From NCBI GenBank assembly GCA_002315875.1, contig DCIL01000013.1, positions 3,168 to 67,167 on the forward strand: 64,000 bases of DNA. Reading direction: 5' to 3'. Source of the DNA: Verrucomicrobia bacterium UBA1727 (lineage in GTDB: Bacteria > Verrucomicrobiota > Kiritimatiellia > RFP12 > UBA1067). Below, piece by piece: positions 53,401 through 59,087 of this stretch; within the stretch, counting starts at the first letter, position 1, and each line of letters begins with the position of its first letter. The position numbers were made by a program, and so were the translations under genes. The notes beneath the pieces are model-generated. The model was not told the origin of the DNA, made no database searches, and worked only from the letters and a program-made list of their open reading frames with translations.

Positions 53401-54821
53401 AGCGAGAGAGTGCCACTGGAGCCCATGGAGATCGTCTGCCGGCCGCTGTGGGCGGACGGATTGAAGATGAGCGAACCCTTGTACTCCGCAAGCGTAATGC
53501 TCTTCGCGGACTTGATGACGTAATCGTTATCGGAAATGCCCTCGCCGCCCAAAGCCACCGAACCTTCGTCAGAGGTGACCTTTACACCGCCCAGGAAACG
53601 GTTGCCTGCTGCCGAAAGCGAGACCGACCCCTTGGCATGAGCTTCAATCATACCCTCGGCACCGAGCGAACCTGAATCCGACAGCGTAATCGTACCTTTG
53701 GTAGCGGTGATGTAGGCAGTTGCCAACGATGAATTGTAGAACTTGGTCTTGCCGGTAAGCTCAATATTGCCATTAAGCGCCTTGATTACGATTTCCGGCG
53801 AGGTCACCGTTCCTTCGGCAATGGAAAGGTCGCCGACGACCATGTTATCCGCCGCCACGATCTTGGCACCGCTCGCAAAGTATCCGGAGACTTCCAGATC
53901 CTCCAGGAACTTGCCTTCCTTCACGTCCATGTAGTTGAGAAAACCGATATTCCTCTCCGGATCATCTTTGCTGCCATTATGAATATAGGAGGCAACGGTC
54001 ACCAGGTTGCCATTGCCAACGTAGGTCGGGCTGTTCACATGGCCAAAGGACTCGATCTTGTTGCCCACGAGCGCAAGACCAGTCACACTCATGCCAACCT
54101 CGGAATCGATGTAGATGCCTTTACCTTCTACGCCGTCAGTCGAAAAGCTCGCCGACCAATGGCTGGAGACATCAAGCGGGGTCGCCGCGGCAAGTCCGAG
54201 ATATCCATTTAGGTCGACCGCTGCGCCGCTCGTAAAGGAGATACCCGAAGGATTGATGATCCAGACATTGACCTTGGAAGCATGGAGGTTCGGTAAATTG
54301 CCTTGTTGAAAAATCATCGAGAGGTCGGTGGCGGCACCCGTGACTGCAGTGCTCATCGAATTGCCGATGAAACCAGAAATAGTCGTTGGCGTTCCGCCGT
54401 CGACGATATTGTAGATCGTGCCGCCGCTCTCGCCGACTAAATTACAAAAAATCAACTGTTTATCTTGATCTACACTGAGTTTTGACCACTTTACGACACC
54501 AGGTCGGTCATTGTTGATCAGTTCAACTATAGTGGTCTTCTCAAGCTCTTCAAGGCCGAGCTTGATGCCAACCATAGAGGTAAAGAACTCCGCCGCCTTA
54601 AGAAGGCCCGGTGCATTAGGATCCATGACGGTGGCGTTACTCGCCTCGCGAAAGAGATTGCCGTCGCATGCGTTCTTGCCATTACTCGATATTGCAACCT
54701 CGGCTTTCTCGTACCATTCTGGAGCTTTTCCAAAGGCCGGGGTGATTGAGCCGAACGCGGCAATGAGCGCTACGGTCAGACGGACAGGTTTCGGGAAAAC
54801 GTTTCTTAACATGACATGCAC
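44460..54821 (-). CDS. giant (3453 aa) two-partner-secretion exoprotein (TpsA, FhaB/filamentous-hemagglutinin type)
   Basis: Signal peptide, then a TPS secretion domain (VVKWSKLSVDQDKQLIF...TIYNIVDGGTPTTISGFIG...VWIINPSGISFTSGAAVDLNGYLGLAAATP). Long beta-helical repeats, including 5 tandem units of about 384 aa. Non-repetitive C-terminus of about 250 aa. Confidence 0.8.
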   Translation of the reverse strand: MHVMLRNVFPKPVRLTVALIAAFGSITPAFGKAPEWYEKAEVAISSNGKNACDGNLFREASNATVMDPNAPGLLKAAEFFTSMVGIKLGLEELEKTTIVELINNDRPGVVKWSKLSVDQDKQLIFCNLVGESGGTIYNIVDGGTPTTISGFIGNSMSTAVTGAATDLSMIFQQGNLPNLHASKVNVWIINPSGISFTSGAAVDLNGYLGLAAATPLDVSSHWSASFSTDGVEGKGIYIDSEVGMSVTGLALVGNKIESFGHVNSPTYVGNGNLVTVASYIHNGSKDDPERNIGFLNYMDVKEGKFLEDLEVSGYFASGAKIVAADNMVVGDLSIAEGTVTSPEIVIKALNGNIELTGKTKFYNSSLATAYITATKGTITLSDSGSLGAEGMIEAHAKGSVSLSAAGNRFLGGVKVTSDEGSVALGGEGISDNDYVIKSAKSITLAEYKGSLIFNPSAHSGRQTISMGSSGTLSLSAENGDIEMQGAINGWNGRLGILNAGGSISVSAPTVSVDLRGSIVAGENVSVYANSFTANPVGENRGIAAETGDISIRTLNGMAFNGDFQIAAENGQVALENLSRGDLVIGQRFDDAGDNRINIDARNVKLRQGGSGDLVVEENAIISSTGAATYDTGIELEHEGDLYVFGELSQVLPDFTKGFDDQGKPNAYQLPKITSTGNGYVRAMSLDMRERDYKLSDLDGDFGTWAHLEYMRIYNLGSTLTVDESMALKVAAPGSRTGNRASVVLQGVGDLNVVLPETVLDASDTGLIISAAKKNTITLSGKGTIDAGSRSLIFSGADLTSDNQVTIKASTMGFYNSINVSLGKNDHVFVDSIFGLAGDIKLRANAYLDPETFRLAGDLYANTLALDTGGKSSQRRDFIGGYETGDITDPSQLYTLSLDGGTFAVGLKDDAKFYVKAPQTLVVSSIRETTGEDTYTTIADLRYDAPGGLTIVGNKTEGTLTATDLGGDIMTGDYYLRETEGSIKLNSAIRTQGNATVIAAADNATIEFSKTVNDVLGEIRLAASDTADLNFKNWGTIDIRRVSGNNVEFESKNGSISVAASSAFVAGTLTAIADKGNVVIDTQGADKSDWSGRLGEVRAQGTAYVSTEKKLVMEGNITAGDVELDGTKGVDSNNRRIVTTDQNRIPGDEYVRRTSGSLWASSAKGAVKLDNENGPSHDVMIFGANARDGVTFRNSTDVTVDNVTAKAGDITLATTGDIKVDGQITGDNITLDASQKISFGEDAIVDADTGTTFLSRNADFILDLDQMQSKETRESWNLGRVSVMAGSEDALRDVTVVGVEEQELTLGSVAGYNVRLEGKTGLYGDENSVVRAEGTLDAVAKSGDVYLASENNALYGKVTATAKEGNIGVINSRTLLIGDMTANATSGSIGLRGANVVSDGKVTLTAASVSAGAPGDVTLNVAGTLNMDELAARNANLVVTDEGASVTVANGSVDNLAVSVAKDLSIANSKSVVLGSFSVGGDAAVSADGTISQGGYADASSALNIGGTANFTATKDIRLDNPYNYFGSRILAQAGGAATFVTTEDRGLEFDSLSASAADLRAGTADDNDIVINNGSVESLKATAGGKLKVKNQTNLALRELDVKTFEIENEGWVYGAAKITTHGATADSPNSLKASGEIALVNDENVLGDTLKVDGGDAVTLVNGNALNLEINAEGPLSTKINGDLNVKAGTELNVGQMKADNVKVVAANGLTGDSDSKIITGNFDAKATGGDIMLAGANEFAGIVTAQADAGSVGIVAADTLRIGDVTAKGEESSIDLMADSIVSEDREIELTASSVNLGATDVNLTFKGDGNLNTVAADNVTLAAKNEGASITVADGAMGRFAGEVKKNLTIVNNRNLTLGEVTVGDLAEKKGDFNLTVDGKIAQDGAVKVGGLTTVKATDDITLENQQNVFASRLVAETSTKASFASSEGLDFNSLVARDAVVASENGDVLVRNGKVDTLAGTVKGNLKAVNSQDLQLNEITAGSLKLGVEGEITGDKKIVTAATAENPNKLVASGAISLTSDENQLKVASVTSEKEVNLHNGEDLDLTIDAEGLFSATVAGNLKTKAMSELLVGEITANAIDIYAKNGVNGDVDSKVTTPGAFTAVAEQGDLVFAGANQIGGVASAKAEKGSVGLRNDGDLLVGDMIANADEGSVTVSANSIKSEGDSKIEMTGASVNLGAAEDIAVNFKGSAKLNRVVAQNATLNTDVDGSSLTVADGSVKTFAGAVSKNLDFANDKSLALGAVTVGGSAKVSVDGVLSQTDKISVNGKSTVVATEGIELVNENNHFGSRIAAETLGTAKFTAAEGLDFDSLTAVDAVLDGKTKNILVRSGLVDTLQAKTEADLKVINNQSLVLKESTVGRMEIQATGDVTQEGVLTADKSTLENPNKVVASGKVVLTDAANNFGERLNIDSGETVKIVNNGSVTLGLDAEDTVDATIAGDLKVVAGKQLYVGQFKADSIDIAAENGVVGDESSKVTTGAFSANTVNGDVLLQGKNEMTGIVAARAERGNIAINNEGDIHLGDMMAKTGDGTLNVTAKNIKSDGRQIKMAAGSANLEALEDIDINFKGDATLDHVVANYAKFEATDAGSSLKVTDGAVKNISAKVDRNFEFMNDQNLELGYIEANGTAAIRADGNITQQEPLVYDTRVSVGGTATFAAAGDITLLNPFNHFGSKIVIENAKDLNISSENGLKFDGLNVENAQLNGGNGDIVVENGMVNTLAATTAADLYFENGKSLVLKEIDVRSMVLDIAGDLTGVDKVKTQATEAHPNKIVAEGKVELTNEDNELGAVASVKSGDDINLVNKNDLALTVDTAAKTSVKNAGKLDVTAVQLLDIGTLDVAGDLSVTGLEGINGDADSKVIAQAKADFVAKTGDVYLGGVNELNGVTSAKATEGDVMIGNTVPLTIADVIANSENGTIELAAKSISSEAGSKSEVKAATVNLTAEDTINIDFEGDAALNRVVAQSATLKAEDSGASVTVADGSVGKIAGAAHANFTIQNDRDLVMDDLIVGGDANIGVNGALSQEGAVAVAGKATVTATDSIKLDNPNNIFQSTIVAETAGSAQFASLVGLDFESLSAKDAVLNGGSGNVWVRAGHVESLGATAAGDLVAINDQALRLTEVDVKSMKVSAEGDIIGDDRIVTASTAEDPNYIVAEGNVELTAADNHLGRETKIEATGEKVTLFNNGDLNLELVNDNQLTIDNADGDLNVNATKLSKSRASTINGNLAVNANEIYESVFDADRGNLSLTAGTIGTEDSPIVANATGRLDANAAGSLSINRTKGGWIVGSGGNVSAGGNLKVIANGEIGTMGGVIEAGGNIYLTANSYLPNTEISLGGPTLDIDVNAGYKHPQWASFRTVGGNDLPHFGFHDGVWVILNDGLTPTVPDYSYATTLDQIHMISNSPLNPQTYAAGESYHLTSSQLGSIDLVGFERSSYLYGDNFNIEYTTKE
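45000..50760 (-). repeat. five tandem, diverged ~1.15 kb (~384 aa) coding repeats inside the TpsA gene (boundaries approximate)
   Basis: Recurrent landmarks at about 50.70-50.75, 49.52-49.58, 48.37-48.43, 47.23-47.30 and 46.09-46.14 kb (x-G-[NS]-[IV]-G-[IV]...L-[LR]-[IV]-GD[MV]-[TI]-A) and five [EDH]-[NS]-PN-[KSY] landmarks. Copies are similar at protein level, not identical at DNA level. Confidence 0.8.
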
Positions 54822-54830
54822 TCCTTTCCC

Positions 54831-56792
54831 TTAGAACTGCATCCTGGTTGAAAGATAGAACTCGAAGTCGCGATCCTGATCGTCAAGATACGCCTTGCGA
54901 AGCGGAATCGCGAAGTCGGCGCCGAGCGTGAAGTAGCGCGTGAGCGAGAACCTGAGACCGAGACCGCAGGAAGCGAGCCACTCGTCATCAAGATAATAGC
55001 TGGCCAGATATTCGGTGCTGTTGTAGCGCATCCAGCCGGCATCGACGAACGCGATGAACTGCCAACGCGAGATCGGCAGGCAGTTCTTGCGATCCATGAA
55101 GAGCTTCAGCACCGGATCCGTCCAGATCGGCGTGCGGAACTCGATCGTGCCGTTGAAGCCCCAGTCGCCCTGGTAACCGCGGGTGCGGTAACCGCGGACT
55201 GTATCGTGGCCGCCGAGCGTAAGCTTTTCGGACGAGGTAAGCGTCTGGTCGGTCCAGCTGCCGTGAATCTTGCCGAAGACGGTCCACTTCTGCCACTCGG
55301 GTACGTCCGTCGAAAGAACATCGGTGATGGCCTGAAGGCGGGCGACGTTGAACGAGACGACGTAATACTTATCCTCGGCACCGTAAACGTAGTCGGAAAG
55401 TCGGTTGCCGCTGTGGTAGCAGTTGAAGAGGAACTGCGCATCGGCCCAGAGACGACCGCCGGCCTGATCGGCCTTCTTGTCGGCGTATACGAGCCCGATC
55501 GTCGCCGGCAGCGTGCGCGCCGCACGCTGATACTGAGTCAGGTCGGAGATGTCAAAACGATCCCTCGACTCGCGGAACATCACGCCCGCATCGATGGAGA
55601 CCGTGCGCCGATCGCTGTCGTAGAGATTGACCGAGAGCTTGGTGCCGGCGAACCAGCCCTTGCCGATGAGGTCAAAGTCGGTCAGCACCTCTTCGTTCTT
55701 GAGATCGGAGTAACCGCCGTAGAAGTTGAGGTAGCCGCCGCGCCAGAAGGTGAACGGCAGCAGGTAGCCGCCCGAGATCCACCAGAGATCAGCGTTCTGG
55801 CTCAAGCCGGGCGAAACCGTCAAGATGTCATCGTGCTTCGTGAGGTTCGTCAGCTGCAACGCCCCGGTGAACTGCCATTCGCCGATCTCGTGCATGCCGT
55901 AGTTGTTGACCTCGACATTGCCATGAATCGGAATCGAGTCGTCGACATTGAGCACGATGTCGCCGATCTTCGTGTCTTCGCCGCGAACCTCGACACCCGC
56001 ATGGACACGGTAGTCGGGATGGTTGTTCAACGCGCGCATCGTATCGTTGATCGCCTCCACCCGGAAGACATCGCCCTTCTTGATGCCCTTGATCTTCTTC
56101 ACGACCTGCTCGTTGGAGTGGAACCAGCTGTTGGTCTCGCCGCCGAAATGGACGATCACATCACCGAAGCGACCGGGATCGACCTTGATCGTATACTGGC
56201 CGTTGCGCGAATTGTAGGCGTTATCATCGGCCGTCACCGTCGCGAGCGGATACCCAAGCCGCACCACCGCCGCCTGCGCCTCCTTCAAAAGCCGCGGCTC
56301 GCTCTCTTCGTTGAGCACCACGCCGCGGAAGATCGGATCGAGCAACGAGAAGACATCGTGCTCATCGCAGAACTCCTCATCGCCGCGAAGACGGATGCGC
56401 TTGATGACGCCGCCGGGATTAGGAATCCAACGCGAGGGACGACGCGACATCGCCACCCCGTCGGACGGCTTGGAGGACGCCTGACGCACCTTGAGCTCGC
56501 GGCGGGTCATGAAGTCGACAGAAACCGTCACCGTGCCCGAAGCGCTCGCCGTAGGCACGAACGCCAGCTTGACCGAATAGCCCTTCTGATCGAGCTCGAC
56601 CGCCAGCTCGCCGACGATCTTCTCGACCTCGACGGCAATGAGATCCTTGCCGACGATGCGCTCGGTCAGCATCGTGCGTACACGACGCTTCTCCTGAACG
56701 GACGCCGTGCCTACCGTCTTGACGCGGTCGATGCCCTGCGCGAACACCGACCCCGCCAGCAGCAGGCAAAATAGTATCGCTAAGCGTTTCAT
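54831..56792 (-). CDS. TpsB outer-membrane transporter (ShlB/FhaC/HecB family, POTRA + barrel)
   Basis: 653 aa. Signal peptide MKRLAILFCLLLAGSVFAQG, POTRA-like N-region, Omp85-type barrel with a terminal ...YLSTRMQF. Located immediately upstream of the TpsA gene (9-nt gap). Confidence 0.75.
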   Translation of the reverse strand: MKRLAILFCLLLAGSVFAQGIDRVKTVGTASVQEKRRVRTMLTERIVGKDLIAVEVEKIVGELAVELDQKGYSVKLAFVPTASASGTVTVSVDFMTRRELKVRQASSKPSDGVAMSRRPSRWIPNPGGVIKRIRLRGDEEFCDEHDVFSLLDPIFRGVVLNEESEPRLLKEAQAAVVRLGYPLATVTADDNAYNSRNGQYTIKVDPGRFGDVIVHFGGETNSWFHSNEQVVKKIKGIKKGDVFRVEAINDTMRALNNHPDYRVHAGVEVRGEDTKIGDIVLNVDDSIPIHGNVEVNNYGMHEIGEWQFTGALQLTNLTKHDDILTVSPGLSQNADLWWISGGYLLPFTFWRGGYLNFYGGYSDLKNEEVLTDFDLIGKGWFAGTKLSVNLYDSDRRTVSIDAGVMFRESRDRFDISDLTQYQRAARTLPATIGLVYADKKADQAGGRLWADAQFLFNCYHSGNRLSDYVYGAEDKYYVVSFNVARLQAITDVLSTDVPEWQKWTVFGKIHGSWTDQTLTSSEKLTLGGHDTVRGYRTRGYQGDWGFNGTIEFRTPIWTDPVLKLFMDRKNCLPISRWQFIAFVDAGWMRYNSTEYLASYYLDDEWLASCGLGLRFSLTRYFTLGADFAIPLRKAYLDDQDRDFEFYLSTRMQF

Positions 56793-57406
56793 TTCTTCTT
56801 CACATCCTTCCTGACGGACTCGTTCTTGATGCCGGTCTGGATGATCGACTTGGTCTTCACGTCAAAGGTGTAGTTGCCGCGCTCATCGAGATGGAAGCGC
56901 TCGCGCAGCGCCTTGTCCGCATCGCGCGCAAGCTGCCCGCGCTCGGAAATAAGCCCTTCGAGAACCTGCTGCTGAATCGCATAGCGCAAGCGCTTGGTAA
57001 TGAGATCCAGCGCCGGCTTCGCCTCTTCCTCGCTCTTGAACTTGAGGTGCTTGAGCCGCTTGTTCTCGCCCTTCCAGGTCTTCTCCTCCAGAAGCTGGTA
57101 GATCGTCATATCCTCGTTGTCGAAGACATACTGCTGGCGCTGAAGGATGCGGTAGTCCTTCACCAACCGCTCGTTGACGTTCGAAAGCGCAATCCGCTTC
57201 TCCCACTCAAGCCGCGCCGCCACCGTCGCGTCTTCCAGCGCGCGCTGACGAACGAGCGTCATCGAGACGAAATACTCGGTATTCGTCTCGTCCAGTTTGG
57301 CAATCACCTTCGGAAACTCCGACTTCGCCGCCTTGTCCGCAGGCGCGGCACAAGCAACCATGGGCAGAATTCCACAAAGAACCACCATCAACTTACGAAC
57401 TTTCAT
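56789..57406 (-). CDS. putative lipoprotein, coiled-coil, function unknown (first gene of the TPS/Tad operon)
   Basis: 205 aa. Signal/lipobox-like LPMVAC, helical charged body. AGGGAG Shine-Dalgarno 5 nt upstream (57412..57417). 4-nt overlap with the tpsB start. Confidence 0.55.
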   Translation of the reverse strand: MKVRKLMVVLCGILPMVACAAPADKAAKSEFPKVIAKLDETNTEYFVSMTLVRQRALEDATVAARLEWEKRIALSNVNERLVKDYRILQRQQYVFDNEDMTIYQLLEEKTWKGENKRLKHLKFKSEEEAKPALDLITKRLRYAIQQQVLEGLISERGQLARDADKALRERFHLDERGNYTFDVKTKSIIQTGIKNESVRKDVKKK

Positions 57407-57441
57407 TCAAGCTCCCTATTAGTTTCAATAAATTTGTAAGA

Positions 57442-57450
57442 ATTTTACCA
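57442..57450 (-). promoter_or_regulatory. extended -10 element TGGTAAAAT (putative promoter of the TPS/Tad operon)
   Basis: Minus strand TGGTAAAAT, 21 nt downstream of the palindrome. If the TSS is about 7 nt past the hexamer, the palindrome centre is near -41.5. Confidence 0.4.
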
Positions 57451-57468
57451 CATGAAAGAGACGCGGTC

Positions 57469-57484
57469 TGTGCTAATTATCACA
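57469..57484 (-). promoter_or_regulatory. CRP/FNR-type palindrome TGTGA-N6-GCACA (putative binding site of the adjacent Crp/Fnr regulator)
   Basis: Minus strand reads TGTGATAATTAGCACA (plus strand TGTGCTAATTATCACA), 9 of 10 half-site positions matching TGTGA-N6-TCACA. It abuts the crp-like stop codon and lies upstream of the 57406 start. Confidence 0.5.
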
Positions 57485-58159
57485 TTATCGTAAAATCGTA
57501 AACACGTCACGGTCGTAGGAAAAATGCCCGGACTTCGCCAGCTGACGCAAGCAACGCGCCAACGCTGAGCGACTCACCCCAAGGTAATCAGCGAATTCAC
57601 TCTCGGTCGAGCCGATGGCGAACGTCTTGGTGCCCTCCTGCCGACAACGATTCTGTAAGTAAAGAAGAACTCGGTCTTCGATCTTTGGACAACTCAAGAT
57701 GGCGATCTTGCGCCAAGCCGCCTGCAGCTCCTCACGGACGACACACGATAAATTATCGTATAGACGCCCCCCCCCATTTTTCACGCATTTATACAATGCG
57801 GAAAGGGGAAGAGAGGCGAGAACGCAATCGCCATGAGCCGCAACGAGCGCAGGATACGCCGAAATCGGCTGCGACGCACCGACGAGCGAGGCCCCGATGA
57901 CACCGCCGGGATGGACAATGCGCACCAAATGACGCTTGCCCTTGAAGGCAGAATCGTAGACATGGAGATTGCCGGAAAGGAGTATGCCCATTTGAGTAGA
58001 AGGTCTCAACTCGTCTGCCAAGACATTACCGTCACTGAACTCCATACGGTGCACGCCAAGCTGTTTCACCATTTTCTCGGCCTCAGACCGGGAAAAACCA
58101 CTGAATAACGCCGACGAACAAATCGTCTGCAGCTCATTGTCTGTGAATTCCTCTGCCAT
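57485..58159 (-). CDS. Crp/Fnr-family transcriptional regulator
   Basis: 224 aa. cNMP-binding-type beta-roll (GNVLADELRP...GILLSGNLHVY...LVRIVHPGGVIG) and C-terminal HTH (ESEFADYLGVSRSALARCLRQLAKSGH). Confidence 0.8.
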   Translation of the reverse strand: MAEEFTDNELQTICSSALFSGFSRSEAEKMVKQLGVHRMEFSDGNVLADELRPSTQMGILLSGNLHVYDSAFKGKRHLVRIVHPGGVIGASLVGASQPISAYPALVAAHGDCVLASLPLSALYKCVKNGGGRLYDNLSCVVREELQAAWRKIAILSCPKIEDRVLLYLQNRCRQEGTKTFAIGSTESEFADYLGVSRSALARCLRQLAKSGHFSYDRDVFTILR

Positions 58160-58170
58160 AGTTTGCGGGA

Positions 58171-58179
58171 ATTATAACA
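58171..58179 (-). promoter_or_regulatory. extended -10 element TGTTATAAT (putative crp-like gene promoter, near-leaderless)
   Basis: Minus strand GTCCACAAGGCCTCTTTTTTATGTTATAATTCCCGCAAACTATG. Perfect TATAAT with an upstream TG. TCCACA sits 17 nt upstream as a weak -35. The ATG is only 11 nt after the hexamer. Confidence 0.3.
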
Positions 58180-58180
58180 T

Positions 58181-58227
58181 AAAAAAGAGGCCTTGTGGAC
58201 ATTCTGTCCAACGAGGCCCCTTTTTTG
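58181..58227 (-). terminator. intrinsic (rho-independent) terminator, potentially bidirectional
   Basis: Hairpin GGCCTTGTGGACA-TTC-TGTCCAACGAGGCC (about 13 bp with one bulge), flanked by an A6 run on one side and a T6 run on the other. On the minus-strand RNA the stem is followed by CUCUUUUUU. Lies 18 nt after the stop of 58245..59087. Confidence 0.75.
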
Positions 58228-58244
58228 TCCAATGACGATTTCGC

Positions 58245-59087
58245 TTACTTGGAGCTGTTGTAGTACTCCAGGATGCGTTTGAGCTCGCCCGTGCGGCGGA
58301 TGGTCTTCATGCCGTTATCAAAAGCATCGATCATACGCTTGGCAAGTTCGGGATTCTTGCCGGAAACGCGGAAAAGGACATCCACCTGGTCAATCGGCTC
58401 CGAAGTGCGGAAGCCCTGGACCATGCGTCGAGCGGTGTGATGCTGCACCTGAAGGATATCTTCGTTATTGGTCACGAAGGCATCAATCTCGCCGCGTTCC
58501 GCCAGCAAGCACGCCTGTTCCTCGGAGTCATGACCGGCTACGACGCGGATATGCTTGGGATCATCCTTCCATTTCTTGCGCAGCTCTCTGATGCACTTCG
58601 AATCGAGGTCATCATCCTCCACACCGATGCGGAGCTTGTCGAGAGATTCGGGACCGGCATAACGCCACTTGCTCGTCCGCGGCAGATAGAGAAGGAGCCG
58701 ATGGGAGCCGATAGGTGTCTTTGCGGTCGGATGCTTGCTCAAGTAGGGATGCTCACCGTAGTTGACGCAGACTGCTGTCGGATCCTCGTCCAGGAACTGC
58801 ACGTAATCCGAGATGTCGTCACCCCTGCACACGAACTTCGCCTTCGGGAAAATCGCGCGGATGATGTCGAGGAAAAGTCCGTTGCGATTCGTGATCGGGT
58901 CGACGCAGGAATAGGGACGCCACTGGTAGAAGTAGACCGTCGGCGCGAGATCGGAGACCTCACGATTCGCCATATCCGCCGACACGGTGGACGTTTTCTT
59001 CATCCCGTCCACTGCGTCGAGGAGCAATTTCAGTCCGAACAGAACCGCTACGGACACGATTAACAGTATGTTGATTTTCTTGATCAT
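58245..59087 (-). CDS. periplasmic substrate-binding-protein-like (type 2 PBP fold, family-3-like), membrane anchored
   Basis: 280 aa. N-terminal anchor. Segments GLFLDIIRAIFPKAKF, LRIGVEDDD, EIDAFVTNNEDI, LKRILEYY resemble SBP_bac_3-type proteins. Last gene before the terminator. Confidence 0.45.
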   Translation of the reverse strand: MIKKINILLIVSVAVLFGLKLLLDAVDGMKKTSTVSADMANREVSDLAPTVYFYQWRPYSCVDPITNRNGLFLDIIRAIFPKAKFVCRGDDISDYVQFLDEDPTAVCVNYGEHPYLSKHPTAKTPIGSHRLLLYLPRTSKWRYAGPESLDKLRIGVEDDDLDSKCIRELRKKWKDDPKHIRVVAGHDSEEQACLLAERGEIDAFVTNNEDILQVQHHTARRMVQGFRTSEPIDQVDVLFRVSGKNPELAKRMIDAFDNGMKTIRRTGELKRILEYYNSSK

